From: Dehalococcoidia bacterium
Lineage (GTDB): Bacteria > Chloroflexota > Dehalococcoidia > SM23-28-2 > RBG-16-64-32
Assembly: GCA_030649945.1 (NCBI GenBank)
Contig: JAUSFE010000040.1
Span: 26,266 to 90,265 of the forward strand
Length of the DNA stretch: 64,000 bases
Direction of reading: 5' to 3'
Under the pieces are notes generated by a model. The model was not told the origin of the DNA. It ran no database searches and saw only the letters and a list, made by a program, of their open reading frames with translations. Of the stretch, positions 9,386 through 18,435 are shown one piece after another. The translations under genes and the position numbers were made by a program. Numbering within the stretch: the first letter of the stretch is position 1; each line of letters opens with the position of its first letter.

Positions 9386-9608
9386 AATCAGCCCATTATT
9401 AGAGTAGCTAAGGCGGGAATGTCAAACATCAATAGTAGAACGACAATTCCTCATTATTTGTTGTAGAAAGACTTGACGCCACTCCCAATTCCCGTTTACA
9501 ATGTGCGCGACTGGAACTTCGCATCCCGCGGTTTCCCTGCCGGCGAAGGCCCGAGGGACGGTTTCAGCCGAAAAGCCGTCGTGCTATAGGAGCCCAGGGG
9601 AGGGAACA

Positions 9609-10196
9609 ATGCGTCGGTCGGTACCCGCGCAGACCGATGATGAGGCGCTCATCGGCCTTGCGGCTTCAGGCGATCGCGAAGCGTTTGGGGATCTCTACGA
9701 GCGCTACGCAGTCAAGGTTTTTCGTCACGCCTACTTCCTCACAGGCGAGGTGGCTCTTGCCGAGGACCTCACAGCGCAGACCTTTCTCAACGCCATGCAG
9801 GCGATCTGCCGTTACGAGTCCCGCGGCGTGCCCTTCGTCGCCTGGCTGCTGCGGATAGCGGGCAACCTCGTCATCAACTATCGCAAATCGCACAAGAACA
9901 ACGGCCACGCACCCCTGCCGGACACGCTGGAGGCCACCGGCAGCTTCTACTCCCCGGAGGCGTCCTGCGAGGTGGCGGTGGACGGCGAGCGCGTGTGGCA
10001 GGAGGTGCGCAAGCTCAGCCAGGAGCAGCGCCGCGTCATTGTCATGCGCTTTGTGGACGACCTGAGCTACCCGGACATCGCGCAAGTGCTGGGCAAGAGC
10101 GTGGGCGCGGTGCGCGTCATCCAGTTCCGGGCGCTCTCCAACCTGCGCCACCTGCTGGACGGCGAGCTGAACTACGCCTTCCGCCGCGCCAGCTAG
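9609..10196 (+). CDS. ECF (sigma-70 family) RNA polymerase sigma factor
   Basis: Region 2 (DLTAQTFLNAMQAI...FVAWLLRIAGNLVINYRK) and region 4 (LSQEQRRVIVMRFVDDLSYPDIAQVLGKSVGAVRVIQFRALSNLR). Start at MRRSV with GGGGAGGGAA SD. Confidence 0.85.
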   Translation: MRRSVPAQTDDEALIGLAASGDREAFGDLYERYAVKVFRHAYFLTGEVALAEDLTAQTFLNAMQAICRYESRGVPFVAWLLRIAGNLVINYRKSHKNNGHAPLPDTLEATGSFYSPEASCEVAVDGERVWQEVRKLSQEQRRVIVMRFVDDLSYPDIAQVLGKSVGAVRVIQFRALSNLRHLLDGELNYAFRRAS

Positions 10197-10206
10197 GCTT
10201 GCCGTC

Positions 10207-10515
10207 TCCAACATACCTCGGCTGTCTCCCGCGGTACGTTGAGCGCGGCGCCATCCCGTCTGTCATCCCGAGCGCGACGACGTCTGCCACGTGGCTCTCC
10301 GCAGCTTCGCGAGGGATCTGGGGTGGGGCAGACCTGCGAGTGTAGGGGCGCAGCACACGCGGCAGCGGCCGGATATCACGCCTTCATCAGGTCAAGACGG
10401 TGCGGCTCAGACGGCGGGACTGGCGCGTGCTGCGCCCTACGATGGCGCGCCCGAACCCCTCGTGTATGGTCTCTCGCCTCCAGGGAGCGCCATGGTAAGC
10501 CTGTTCTTCCGCCGC
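10207..10515. repeat. MITE-like dispersed repeat, copy A, flanked by 29-bp perfect direct repeats (10178-10206 and 10516-10544)
   Basis: Shares a conserved core of about 80 nt (gtcatcc.gagcgcgacgac..ctgccacgtggctct.cgcagcttcgcga.gggatctggggtggggcagacctgcgag) and terminal segments with 27790-28023. The flanking duplication cttccgccgcgccagctaggcttgccgtc includes the sigma-factor stop codon. Confidence 0.6.
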
Positions 10516-10618
10516 GCCAGCTAGGCTTGCCGTCGCGTCGCGGGCGCCTTTTCCCCATTTCTCCTTGCGCATTGCTATACTGGGGCTGGAACCCGGTCAG
10601 CAGTGAAGGAGGCCCCGC

Positions 10619-11632
10619 ATGTCTGTGAAGATTGGGATCAACGGGTTCGGACGCATCGGCCGCCAGGTCTTCAAGGCCATCCACGATTTCCACCCGGACG
10701 CGCTCGAGGTCCTGGCCGTCAACGACCTCACAGACCCGCGCACCAACGCCCACCTCCTGAAGTACGACAGCATCTACGGCCATTTCCCCGGCGACATCTC
10801 CGCCACGGACGACTCCATACGCGTGAACGGCAGCACCATCAAGGTGCTGGCCCAGCGCGACCCGGCGGCGATTCCCTGGAAGGACCTGGGCGTAGAGATA
10901 GTGGTGGAGTCCACCGGCATTTTCACAGACGCCAGGGCCCGCGCCCACGTTGAGGGCGGCGGCGCGAAGAAGGTGATCATCAGCGCCCCCGCCAAGGACG
11001 AGGACCTCACGGTTGTCCTGGGCGTCAACGAGGACAAGTATGACCCGGCGAAGCACAGCGTCATTTCCAACGCCTCCTGCACCACCAACTGCATCGCGCC
11101 GGTGGTCAAGGTCATGCACGAGGCGTTCGGTGTGGACAAGGGGTTTATGACCACCATCCACGCCTACACCAATGACCAGGTGATCCTGGACACCGTGCAC
11201 AAGGACCTGCGGCGGGCGCGGGCTGCCGGCGTCAACATCATCCCCACCAGCACCGGCGCCGCCAGGGCCGTGACGCTGGTGATGCCGGAGCTGAAGGGGC
11301 GCCTGGACGGCATGGCCTTCCGCGTACCCACCGCCACCGTTTCCGTCTGCGACTTCGTGGCGATGGTCGAGCGGCCGGCGACCGTGGAGGCCGTCAACGA
11401 GGCCTTCCGCGACGCCGCCTCCGAGTCGCTGCGCGGCATCCTGGGCTACTGCGACGAGCCGCTCGTCTCCTCCGACTTCAGAGGCGACCCGCGCAGCTCC
11501 ATCTTCGACGCGCTGAGCACGCTGGTGATCGAAGGCAAGCTGGTGAAGGCGGTCTCCTGGTACGACAATGAGTGGGGATACGCCTGCCGCGTGGGCGATC
11601 TCTGCGCCTTCATAGCGAAGAAGGGGCTGTAG
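10619..11632 (+). CDS. gap: glyceraldehyde-3-phosphate dehydrogenase, type I
   Basis: [20 protein letters not shown]...[14 protein letters not shown] (catalytic Cys). Full length 337 aa. Confidence 0.95.
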   Translation: MSVKIGINGFGRIGRQVFKAIHDFHPDALEVLAVNDLTDPRTNAHLLKYDSIYGHFPGDISATDDSIRVNGSTIKVLAQRDPAAIPWKDLGVEIVVESTGIFTDARARAHVEGGGAKKVIISAPAKDEDLTVVLGVNEDKYDPAKHSVISNASCTTNCIAPVVKVMHEAFGVDKGFMTTIHAYTNDQVILDTVHKDLRRARAAGVNIIPTSTGAARAVTLVMPELKGRLDGMAFRVPTATVSVCDFVAMVERPATVEAVNEAFRDAASESLRGILGYCDEPLVSSDFRGDPRSSIFDALSTLVIEGKLVKAVSWYDNEWGYACRVGDLCAFIAKKGL

Positions 11633-11644
11633 GGGCGCGTCACG

Positions 11645-12661
11645 ATGCGCCCCTACCTGCACACACCGCGGTCTCCCCGCTCCCCGCTCTTGCTGGTCGT
11701 CGCGGCGCTCGCGGCCGCTGTAGCCGTGGCTGCCTGCGGCGGCGGCGAGGAGGACACGAACGGCCCCAGCGCGGCCGCCGTCTGCGCCTCGCCGAAAATC
11801 GTGCACTCCCCCGTGGACAGCCGTTACCTGCCCATTGTCATCTCGTCTGACCTGGCTGTGGGCGAGAACCGCTTCAGCCTGGGCCTCATTGACCAGGAAG
11901 ACAACACCCCCGTCACCGGCGCCCAGCTCCACCTCCGCTTCGCGCTCCGCTGCGGCGACGAAGCCCGCCCGAAGGCGGAGGCAGACCCCAGCGCTGTGAC
12001 GGTGACCCGCACGTACGCCCACACGCACACCGACGGCACCGGAGAAACGCACGAGGCCGGCGAGGTGGGGGCCTACATCGCGAACGTAAGCTTCGACGCA
12101 CCCGGGACCTGGCAGGTGGAGGTCACGGGCAAGGCCGGCGGACAGGAGATTGAGCCCGTCACACCCACCTTCAGCGTCAACGAGAAGTCCTTCAGCCTGA
12201 GCGCCGGCGATCCCGCCCCCCGCAGCGTGCAGCCGATCCTCAAGGACGTCGCCGACATCCGCACGATCGACACCTCTGACCCGCCGATACCCGAGATGCA
12301 CCAGATGACGGTGGCAGACGCCGTGACGTCGGGCCGCCCCACCGTCATCGTCTTCGCCACACCCGCCTTCTGCGAGAGCCAGATCTGCGGTCCCACCAAG
12401 AGCATCGTGGACGACCTCTTCCGCCAGTACGGCTCCCAGGCCAACTTCGTGCACATCGAGCCGTACGACGTGGAGCGCATCCGTAACGCCCAATGCGACT
12501 CGCTCTTCGAGTGCCGCTCGCCGCTGCTGGACGAATGGAAGCTGGAGTCGGAGCCGTGGGTCTTCCTCATCGATAAGGACGGCAAGATCGCCGGCAAATA
12601 CGAGGGTATCGTCAGCCTGGAAGAGCTGGAGGCCGCGCTGCAGCAGTTGCTGGTGGGCTAG
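11645..12661 (+). CDS. lipoprotein with C-terminal thioredoxin-like domain (putative)
   Basis: Signal/lipobox LLLVVAALAAAVAVAACGGG. C-terminal PTVIVFATPAFCESQICGPTK has a thioredoxin-fold-like Cys pair. N-terminal beta-rich domain is unassigned. Confidence 0.5.
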   Translation: MRPYLHTPRSPRSPLLLVVAALAAAVAVAACGGGEEDTNGPSAAAVCASPKIVHSPVDSRYLPIVISSDLAVGENRFSLGLIDQEDNTPVTGAQLHLRFALRCGDEARPKAEADPSAVTVTRTYAHTHTDGTGETHEAGEVGAYIANVSFDAPGTWQVEVTGKAGGQEIEPVTPTFSVNEKSFSLSAGDPAPRSVQPILKDVADIRTIDTSDPPIPEMHQMTVADAVTSGRPTVIVFATPAFCESQICGPTKSIVDDLFRQYGSQANFVHIEPYDVERIRNAQCDSLFECRSPLLDEWKLESEPWVFLIDKDGKIAGKYEGIVSLEELEAALQQLLVG

Positions 12662-12720
12662 CGGCCGGCGGCCGGGCTGTCAGAGGCTGATCGCTGATCG
12701 CTGACGGCTGGGCGCTTTGG

Positions 12721-12750
12721 TTGCCCTCTGGCGGCGCCCACCGTACAATA
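12721..12750 (+). promoter_or_regulatory. candidate promoter TTGCCC-17nt-TACAAT upstream of ffh
   Basis: Read directly from sequence, 14 nt upstream of the ffh ATG. Confidence 0.35.
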
Positions 12751-12763
12751 AGCTTTTGTAGAT

Positions 12764-14092
12764 ATGCTCGACTCCCTCTCCGATAAACTCCAAGGGGTCT
12801 TCCGGCGGCTGGGCGGCCGCGGCACGATTACCGAGAAGGACCTCGAAGAAGCGCTGCGCGAGGTCCGCCTCGCCCTCCTCGAGGCCGACGTCCACTATCG
12901 CGTCGTCAAGGATTTCGTGCAGGGCGTCCGCGAGCGGGCGCTTGGGTCCGACGTGACCAGGAGCCTCACGCCCATGCAGCAGATCATCGACATCGTCAAC
13001 CAGCAGCTCGTGGAGGTGCTGGGCGGCGGCGCCAGCCGGCTGCAGAAGGCTGCCCGCCCGCCCACGGTGATCATGCTCGTGGGCCTCAAGGGCTCCGGCA
13101 AGACCACCACCGCGGCCAAGCTGGCGCTGCACCTGCGGCGCGAGGGCCTGACGCCGCTGATGGTGGCCGCCGACCCGGAGCGCGTGGCCGCCGCCGAGCA
13201 GCTGCAGGCGCTGGGCAAGCAGCTGAACCTGCCCGTTGTGGCAGACGGCGGCAAGGCGCGGCCGGAGCAGATCTGCAAGAAGGGGCTGGAGGAGGCGCGC
13301 CGCACCAACGCCTCCAGCGTCATCGTCGATACCGTCGGCTACGTGCAACTGGACGAGGGCGAATTGAAGGAGCTGAAATCGCTCCACAAGTCGCTCTCGC
13401 CGACCGAGGTCCTGCTCGTGGCGGACGCCATGACCGGCCAGGAGGCCGTCCACGCCGCCGAGCAGTTCAACGCCGCCGTCCCCCTTACCGGTCTCATCCT
13501 CACGAAGCTGGACGGCGATGCCCGCGGCGGCGCGGCCCTCTCCATTCGCGCCGTCACCGGCGTGCCCATCAAGTTTATGGGCACCGGCGAGAAGGCAGAC
13601 GCCCTGGAGGAGTTCTACCCGGACCGCTTCGCCTCCCGCATCCTGGGTATGGGCGACTTGCTCACGCTCATCGACAAGGCGAAGTCGCAACTCACCGACA
13701 CCGAGGCCGAATCGCTGACGCAGCGCATGAAGAAGGGCGACCTGACGCTGGATGACTTCCTGGAGCAGTACCAGCGCATCAAGCGCATGGGCCCGCTGAG
13801 CCAGCTTGTGGGCCTGCTGCCGGGCCTGGGCCAGATCAAGAAGCAGCTCAACGTGGCAGACATGGACGACAGCTTCTTCAAACACGTGGAGGCCATCATC
13901 TACTCCATGACGAAGGAGGAGCGCCGCCGGCCCGACGTCATAGACGGCAGCCGGCGGCGGCGCATCGCCGCGGGCAGCGGCACGCAACCGGCTGACATCA
14001 ACCGGGTCCTGAAGCAGTACAAGGAAGCGAAGAGAATCATCCAGATGATCAGCACCGGCCGCGGCACCGATATCTCGCCGTTCCTCCGGTAA
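12764..14092 (+). CDS. ffh: signal recognition particle protein Ffh
   Basis: N domain, GTPase (LVGLKGSGKTTTAAKLA, DTVGY, TKLDGDARGG) and M domain (MGPLSQLVGLLPG). Confidence 0.95.
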   Translation: MLDSLSDKLQGVFRRLGGRGTITEKDLEEALREVRLALLEADVHYRVVKDFVQGVRERALGSDVTRSLTPMQQIIDIVNQQLVEVLGGGASRLQKAARPPTVIMLVGLKGSGKTTTAAKLALHLRREGLTPLMVAADPERVAAAEQLQALGKQLNLPVVADGGKARPEQICKKGLEEARRTNASSVIVDTVGYVQLDEGELKELKSLHKSLSPTEVLLVADAMTGQEAVHAAEQFNAAVPLTGLILTKLDGDARGGAALSIRAVTGVPIKFMGTGEKADALEEFYPDRFASRILGMGDLLTLIDKAKSQLTDTEAESLTQRMKKGDLTLDDFLEQYQRIKRMGPLSQLVGLLPGLGQIKKQLNVADMDDSFFKHVEAIIYSMTKEERRRPDVIDGSRRRRIAAGSGTQPADINRVLKQYKEAKRIIQMISTGRGTDISPFLR

Positions 14093-14128
14093 GCCGATGA
14101 TCCCCTTAATCCACTTCGGAGGTGCTAA

Positions 14129-14638
14129 TTGCTACGAATCCGCCTGACCAGGGTAGGCAAGAGGAAACAGCCTTCCTACCGCATCGTCGTCGCTGACTCG
14201 CACGCCCCTCGCGACGGCGCGTTCCTGAAGATAATCGGCCACTACAACCCGCTCACGGACCCGGCCACGCTGGTAGTGAAGGAAGAGGAGGCCGTGGCCT
14301 GGCTTAAGCAAGGAGCGCAGCCCTCGGAGACTGCCGCGAAGCTCCTGACGCGGGCCGGCGTGATGGAGAAGGCCGGCAGAGCGCCGGTAAAGTACCAGGG
14401 CAAGGACTTCCCGCCCGGCAAGATGGCGAAGAAGGGCGAACCGGCGCCAGCGCCGGCCCCCGCGGCCACGGCCCCCGCGGCGGTCCCGGTAGCCGAGGCG
14501 CCGGCAGCCGAGGCCCCAGCAGCCGAGGTCCACGTAGACGAGACGCCAGCGGAGGCCGCCGTAGCCGAACCGCCGGCCGCCGAGCCCGCGCCTGAAGCAG
14601 AACCACCCCCGCCGGGCGGCGGGGAACCCACGGAGTAA
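14129..14638 (+). CDS. rpsP: 30S ribosomal protein S16 with long Ala/Pro/Glu-rich C-terminal extension
   Basis: TTG start. (M)LRIRLTRVGKRKQPSYRIVVADSHAPRDGAFLKIIGHYNP is a canonical S16 core of about 80 aa, followed by about 80 aa of PAPAPAAT.../AEAPAAE low-complexity tail. Confidence 0.9.
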   Translation: MLRIRLTRVGKRKQPSYRIVVADSHAPRDGAFLKIIGHYNPLTDPATLVVKEEEAVAWLKQGAQPSETAAKLLTRAGVMEKAGRAPVKYQGKDFPPGKMAKKGEPAPAPAPAATAPAAVPVAEAPAAEAPAAEVHVDETPAEAAVAEPPAAEPAPEAEPPPPGGGEPTE

Positions 14639-14643
14639 CCCCC

Positions 14644-14901
14644 ATGAAAGAGCTTATCGAATTCATGGCCCGCGCCATCGTGGACAACCCTGACGACGTC
14701 GAGGTCTCCGAGGAGGACGCCGGGGACCACATCGTCTTCCACCTCAAGGTCGCGGAAGAGGATATGGGAAGAGTCATCGGCAAGCAGGGCCGTATCGCCA
14801 ACGCCATGCGCACGCTGCTCAAGGTAGCGGCCATCCGCAGGGGCGCCCGCGCCATCCTGGAGATCGGCGAACCCGCCGCCGGCAGGCAAGACCCGCCCTA
14901 G
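14644..14901 (+). CDS. KH-domain RNA-binding protein (UPF0109/YlqC-like)
   Basis: VIGKQGRIANAMRTLL GXXG KH motif. Conserved position between rpsP and rimM. Confidence 0.85.
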   Translation: MKELIEFMARAIVDNPDDVEVSEEDAGDHIVFHLKVAEEDMGRVIGKQGRIANAMRTLLKVAAIRRGARAILEIGEPAAGRQDPP

Positions 14902-14965
14902 CGGGAGCCGCAGAGGTCAGGGCGGGCGTGTGAGACAATCCGCCAACGGGAAGGGGGAGCAGCCG

Positions 14966-15481
14966 TTGCGGCCGTACTCGGACGAGGTCCGCCCCGGTTT
15001 CGTCGCCATCGGCCGTATCCTCACCACCCGCGGCGTCCACGGCGACCTGAAGGTGGAGCCTCTGGCGCCGGACGAGGCGTTCGTGGCGGGAAGCAGCGTG
15101 GCCATACGGGGCGGCAGCTTCCAGATCGCGAGCTCTAGCCGCCGCGCGCGGTTTCTTTACGTCAAGCTGGAGGGCGTCGATACCCCCCGCGACGCCGGCG
15201 ACCTGCGCGGCGCCTACCTCCAGGTGCCCGAAAGCGATCTCGCTCCGCTTGCGCAGGACAGTTACTACCGCTTTCAGCTCATCGGCCTCGCCGTCCGCAC
15301 GACCGAGGGCCGCGACCTGGGCCGCATCCAGGAGGTGCTCTCCACGGCCGCGAACGACGTCTTCGTCGTCACGGGGGCGGCGGGCGAGGTCCTGCTCCCC
15401 GCCACGGACGACGTCATCCAGCGCATAGACCTGGAAGCGGGAGTCGTCACCATTGAGGTGATCCCGGGGCTGCTCCCGTGA
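14966..15481 (+). CDS. rimM: ribosome maturation factor RimM
   Basis: FVAIGRILTTRGVHGDLKVEPL... RimM N-domain plus PRC barrel. TTG start at 14966 with GGGGGAG SD. The track ORF begins earlier, at GTG 14930. Confidence 0.8.
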   Translation: MRPYSDEVRPGFVAIGRILTTRGVHGDLKVEPLAPDEAFVAGSSVAIRGGSFQIASSSRRARFLYVKLEGVDTPRDAGDLRGAYLQVPESDLAPLAQDSYYRFQLIGLAVRTTEGRDLGRIQEVLSTAANDVFVVTGAAGEVLLPATDDVIQRIDLEAGVVTIEVIPGLLP

Positions 15482-15502
15482 GTGCCGAGGCCTCCTGCTT
15501 CC

Positions 15503-15535
15503 CGCCCGCTGCTTCCCGATTCCGCCCGGCTGTTC
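15503..15535 (+). promoter_or_regulatory. candidate promoter TTCCCG-17nt-TATAAT upstream of tRNA-Ala
   Basis: Consensus -10 TATAAT about 18 nt upstream of the tRNA 5' end. Confidence 0.35.
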
Positions 15536-15552
15536 TATAATCGGAGCCAGGT

Positions 15553-15628
<76 letters not shown>

Positions 15629-15655
15629 GTTTCTTTCCCCCCTTTGGCGCCCGGA

Positions 15656-15732
15656 GCCCCGGTAGCTCAGTAGGATAGAGCAGCGGTTTCCTAAACCGCA
15701 GGTCACAGGTTCGAGTCCTGTCCGGGGCGCCA
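15656..15732 (+). tRNA. tRNA-Arg (anticodon CCT), CCA encoded
   Basis: Acceptor GCCCCGG/CCGGGGC. D-arm TAGCTCAGTAGGATAGAGC. Anticodon loop TTCCTAA. T-loop GGTTCGAGTCC. Confidence 0.9.
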
Positions 15733-15784
15733 CATTTGTAACGCGCCCGCCGGACTCCGTAGTTCCCACGGGCTTGCAGGTGCC

Positions 15785-16030
15785 GCCAGGCCGAAGGAGC
15801 GGAACCACGCCGTAGGGGCGCCGCTCGGGGACGGGGGTAGGGCGGGGGGTGCCGCGCCCTCAGCGCCACCCGTCGCACGAACATCCGCGTCGGGCTAGCC
15901 ACGGGCCGCCGTAGGGGCGAATGGCATTCGCCCGCGCCCCGCTCGGGGACGGGGGGCAGGGCGGGGGGGGTGCCGCGCCCTCAGCGCCACACGTCGCACG
16001 AACATCCGCGCCGGGCTAGCCACGGGCCGC
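15785..16030. repeat. hairpin plus G-quadruplex-motif repeat family, locus 1 (2 tandem units of about 118 bp)
   Basis: Unit: gtaggggcg-[variable loop]-cgcccc gctcggggacgggggtagggcggggggtgccgcgccctcagcgccac.cgtcgcacgaacatccgcg.cgggctagccacgggccgcc. Same family at 20935-21175. Stem halves co-vary (gaatggcattc vs gagtggctc). Confidence 0.6.
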
Positions 16031-16861
16031 CTACAGCCCGGCCAGCCCCTTCACCAGCAGCCGCAGGCCCAGCACGGCGATGGCCACGGCCAGCAACAGC
16101 AGCACGTTCCGTCCCTTGATGCGGTGCGCCAGCAGCGCGCCGGCCTGCGCGCCCGGTATCGCGCCCGCGGCCAGCGCCAGCGCCCTCACGATCTGCTCGC
16201 CGGCCAGGCTGCCATCGGCCAGGTGCACCACGGAGCCGCCGCCGGCCATGAACGCCAGCACGAAGTGGGAAGTGGCCACAGCGAACGAGACGGGAATATG
16301 CAGCAGGATGATCATCGCCGGCACGTGGATCACACCGCCGCCGATGCCGAAGAGGCTGGAGATGAAGCCGACGCCGGCGCTGAGCGCTACCCCCTGCCGG
16401 ATATCATAGGCGTAACGGTATGTCCTGCCTTCCGGGTCCACCACCGTGCGCACCAGCACGCCCGGTCCCGCCCTGGGCCGGCGGATCGCGCGGGAGCCCC
16501 CGGCGCGCACGGAGACGAAGGCCAGCGCCAGGAGCATGGCCCCGAAGAGAGTGGTGAAGGCCCGCTCCGGCACAAAGTGGACGACGACGGCCCCGGCAAG
16601 CACTCCCGGCGCCGAGGAGACGGCGAACAGCAGGCCCGTCACGTAGTCTATGCGCCGCCGGCGGGCGTAAGCCACGGAGCCGGACGTGGCGTTGGCGAAG
16701 ACCACCGCCAGCGAGACCGCCGTCAACTCCTCCGGGCCGTACGAGGGGTAGAGCAGCAGGAGCAACGGTACCAGGATGAAGCCGCCGCCCGCCCCGATCA
16801 TGGTGCCGTACGCCCCTACCACCAGGCCCAGGGCGGCCAGGCCCAGCAGCTCAAGGGCCAC
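16031..16861 (-). CDS. TauE/SafE family sulfite exporter-like membrane protein
   Basis: Two 4-TM repeat halves with GxGGG motifs (GAGGGFILVPLLL; GIGGGVIHVPAMI). Confidence 0.8.
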   Translation of the reverse strand: MALELLGLAALGLVVGAYGTMIGAGGGFILVPLLLLLYPSYGPEELTAVSLAVVFANATSGSVAYARRRRIDYVTGLLFAVSSAPGVLAGAVVVHFVPERAFTTLFGAMLLALAFVSVRAGGSRAIRRPRAGPGVLVRTVVDPEGRTYRYAYDIRQGVALSAGVGFISSLFGIGGGVIHVPAMIILLHIPVSFAVATSHFVLAFMAGGGSVVHLADGSLAGEQIVRALALAAGAIPGAQAGALLAHRIKGRNVLLLLAVAIAVLGLRLLVKGLAGL

Positions 16862-17042
16862 GGCCGGCCACCACGGTTCTCAGGTCTCCAACAGGGTTGC
16901 GCACTGGTGACTATTCTATTTCCTCATCCTTAACTCGTCGCCGTTGCGCCCTGTATTGCGCCGCTCCCCTGCTAGCCCATATGCTGGATTCCGCATGCAA
17001 ACAGCGACACCTCCGGCACCGGTCCCGGCCTAGACGGCCCTT

Positions 17043-17654
17043 TTGGATAGCAACCTCATGGACAAGCCTTCACTCGCCGCCGCCGCCACGCCGCGCCGGG
17101 CGCCCGTATGGGCGCTGCCGCTCCGCCTCCCGCGGACGGCGGTGGAGCTCGCGCGGAGGCAGCTCGAAAAGCATCGCACCTTCGTCAAGTTCTCGGCCGT
17201 CGGCGCCATCGGCTACGTGATCTACCTGGCGTTGCTGTTCGTGATGTACGACCGGGAGGTCTTCCCGTTCCTGCCGGCGAAGGGCGCCGGCGTGGACCTC
17301 CTGCTCTTCACTCACGACGACTCCCTGCTGCTTATCACCACGCTCATCGGCACCCAACTCTCGATCATCGCCGTCTTCGCCGGGCACAACCTGTGGACCT
17401 TCGCGGACCGGCAGTCCGTGCCCCGGCCGCTCTGGCTGCGCTTCCTGCAGTTCCAGGGCCGCGCGCTGGTGTCCACCCTCGGCATCCTCACCGTCGCCGT
17501 CAACGTGCTGACGCTGGCCGCGGGAGTGCACCCTACGCTGGCGGTGCCCGTGGGCCTTGTCACCGCCTTCGTCTGGAACTGGGTCCTGGACAGCCGAGTG
17601 ATCTGGCGGCCGCGCCCAGACGGGCGCCCGTCGGGGCGCGGGGCCGGCGGCTAG
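17043..17654 (+). CDS. GtrA-family membrane protein (polyprenol-P-sugar translocase component)
   Basis: KFSAVGAIGYVIYLALLFV... 4-TM GtrA-like topology ending FVWNWVLDSRVIW. Co-located with GT2 and GT-C genes. Confidence 0.65.
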   Translation: MDSNLMDKPSLAAAATPRRAPVWALPLRLPRTAVELARRQLEKHRTFVKFSAVGAIGYVIYLALLFVMYDREVFPFLPAKGAGVDLLLFTHDDSLLLITTLIGTQLSIIAVFAGHNLWTFADRQSVPRPLWLRFLQFQGRALVSTLGILTVAVNVLTLAAGVHPTLAVPVGLVTAFVWNWVLDSRVIWRPRPDGRPSGRGAGG

Positions 17655-17661
17655 CGGCGCC

Positions 17662-18303
17662 ATGACAGGCCAGCGCACCCTCAAGGAGATTCACGAAGAC
17701 GTCCCGCCGGACTACTACGACACGTCCCTCAAGACCAACCTGATCCAGCGGGTCTACCACGGCCGCCGGTTCAAGAAGATCTCCGGCATGGTCTCCAAGG
17801 TGAACGGCCCGGTCCTGGACATCGGCTGCGATGGCGGCACGCTGCTGGAGCACATCGCCGCCAGGGCCCAGGCGCCCCGCGTCGTCGGCATCGATCTCTC
17901 GGACGAAGCGGTCGCCTACACCCGCAGCAAGCGCCCGGACTTCGACCTGCTCGTCGGCGACGCCGAACGGCTGCCCTTCCGCGACGGCAGCTTCGAGGCC
18001 ATCTTCGCTTCCGAGGTCCTGGAGCACATCCATCACCCGGAGAAGCTCTTCCTTGAGGTACGGCGCTGCCTCAGTGCGGGAGGCTACGGCCTGGTGGCGG
18101 TGCCCAGCGAGACGCCGCTGTTCAAGTTCCTGTGGTTCCTCTGGACTCGCTTCGGGAAGGGGCGCGTCTGGCACCACGCGCACGTCCAGGACTTCGGGGG
18201 CAAGGCCCTGGACCATCTCATTGCGGAAGCCGGCTTCCGCATCGTCCAGGACAACCGCTTCCTGCTGGGCATGCTGCGCGCCGTTAAGATCGCCCCCTCC
18301 TGA
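17662..18303 (+). CDS. class I SAM-dependent methyltransferase
   Basis: VLDIGCDGGTLLEHIA (motif I), VVGIDLSDEAV, DAERLPFRDGSFEAIFASEVLEHI. Confidence 0.8.
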   Translation: MTGQRTLKEIHEDVPPDYYDTSLKTNLIQRVYHGRRFKKISGMVSKVNGPVLDIGCDGGTLLEHIAARAQAPRVVGIDLSDEAVAYTRSKRPDFDLLVGDAERLPFRDGSFEAIFASEVLEHIHHPEKLFLEVRRCLSAGGYGLVAVPSETPLFKFLWFLWTRFGKGRVWHHAHVQDFGGKALDHLIAEAGFRIVQDNRFLLGMLRAVKIAPS

Positions 18304-18435
18304 CACGCGCCGGCAATTGTCACCCTGACGAAGGAAGGGTCTGTCCGGGAACGAGATTCCCCTGCGCACTCAGCGGGCCGGGACCCGCCCCGCACCTGCC
18401 ACGCCCGACCGGCGGCCTCACGCCCCGCCGCGGGA

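Noticed and set aside
10376-12493. 705-aa ORF on the minus strand
   Set aside because: Antisense to gap and the thioredoxin-like lipoprotein gene. Gly/Arg/Ala/Val-rich low-complexity translation typical of high-GC shadow frames.
12680-13987. 435-aa minus-strand ORF
   Set aside because: Antisense to ffh, which has unmistakable SRP GTPase motifs.
16124-16933. 269-aa plus-strand ORF
   Set aside because: Antisense to the TauE/SafE membrane protein gene. His/Arg/Gly-rich.
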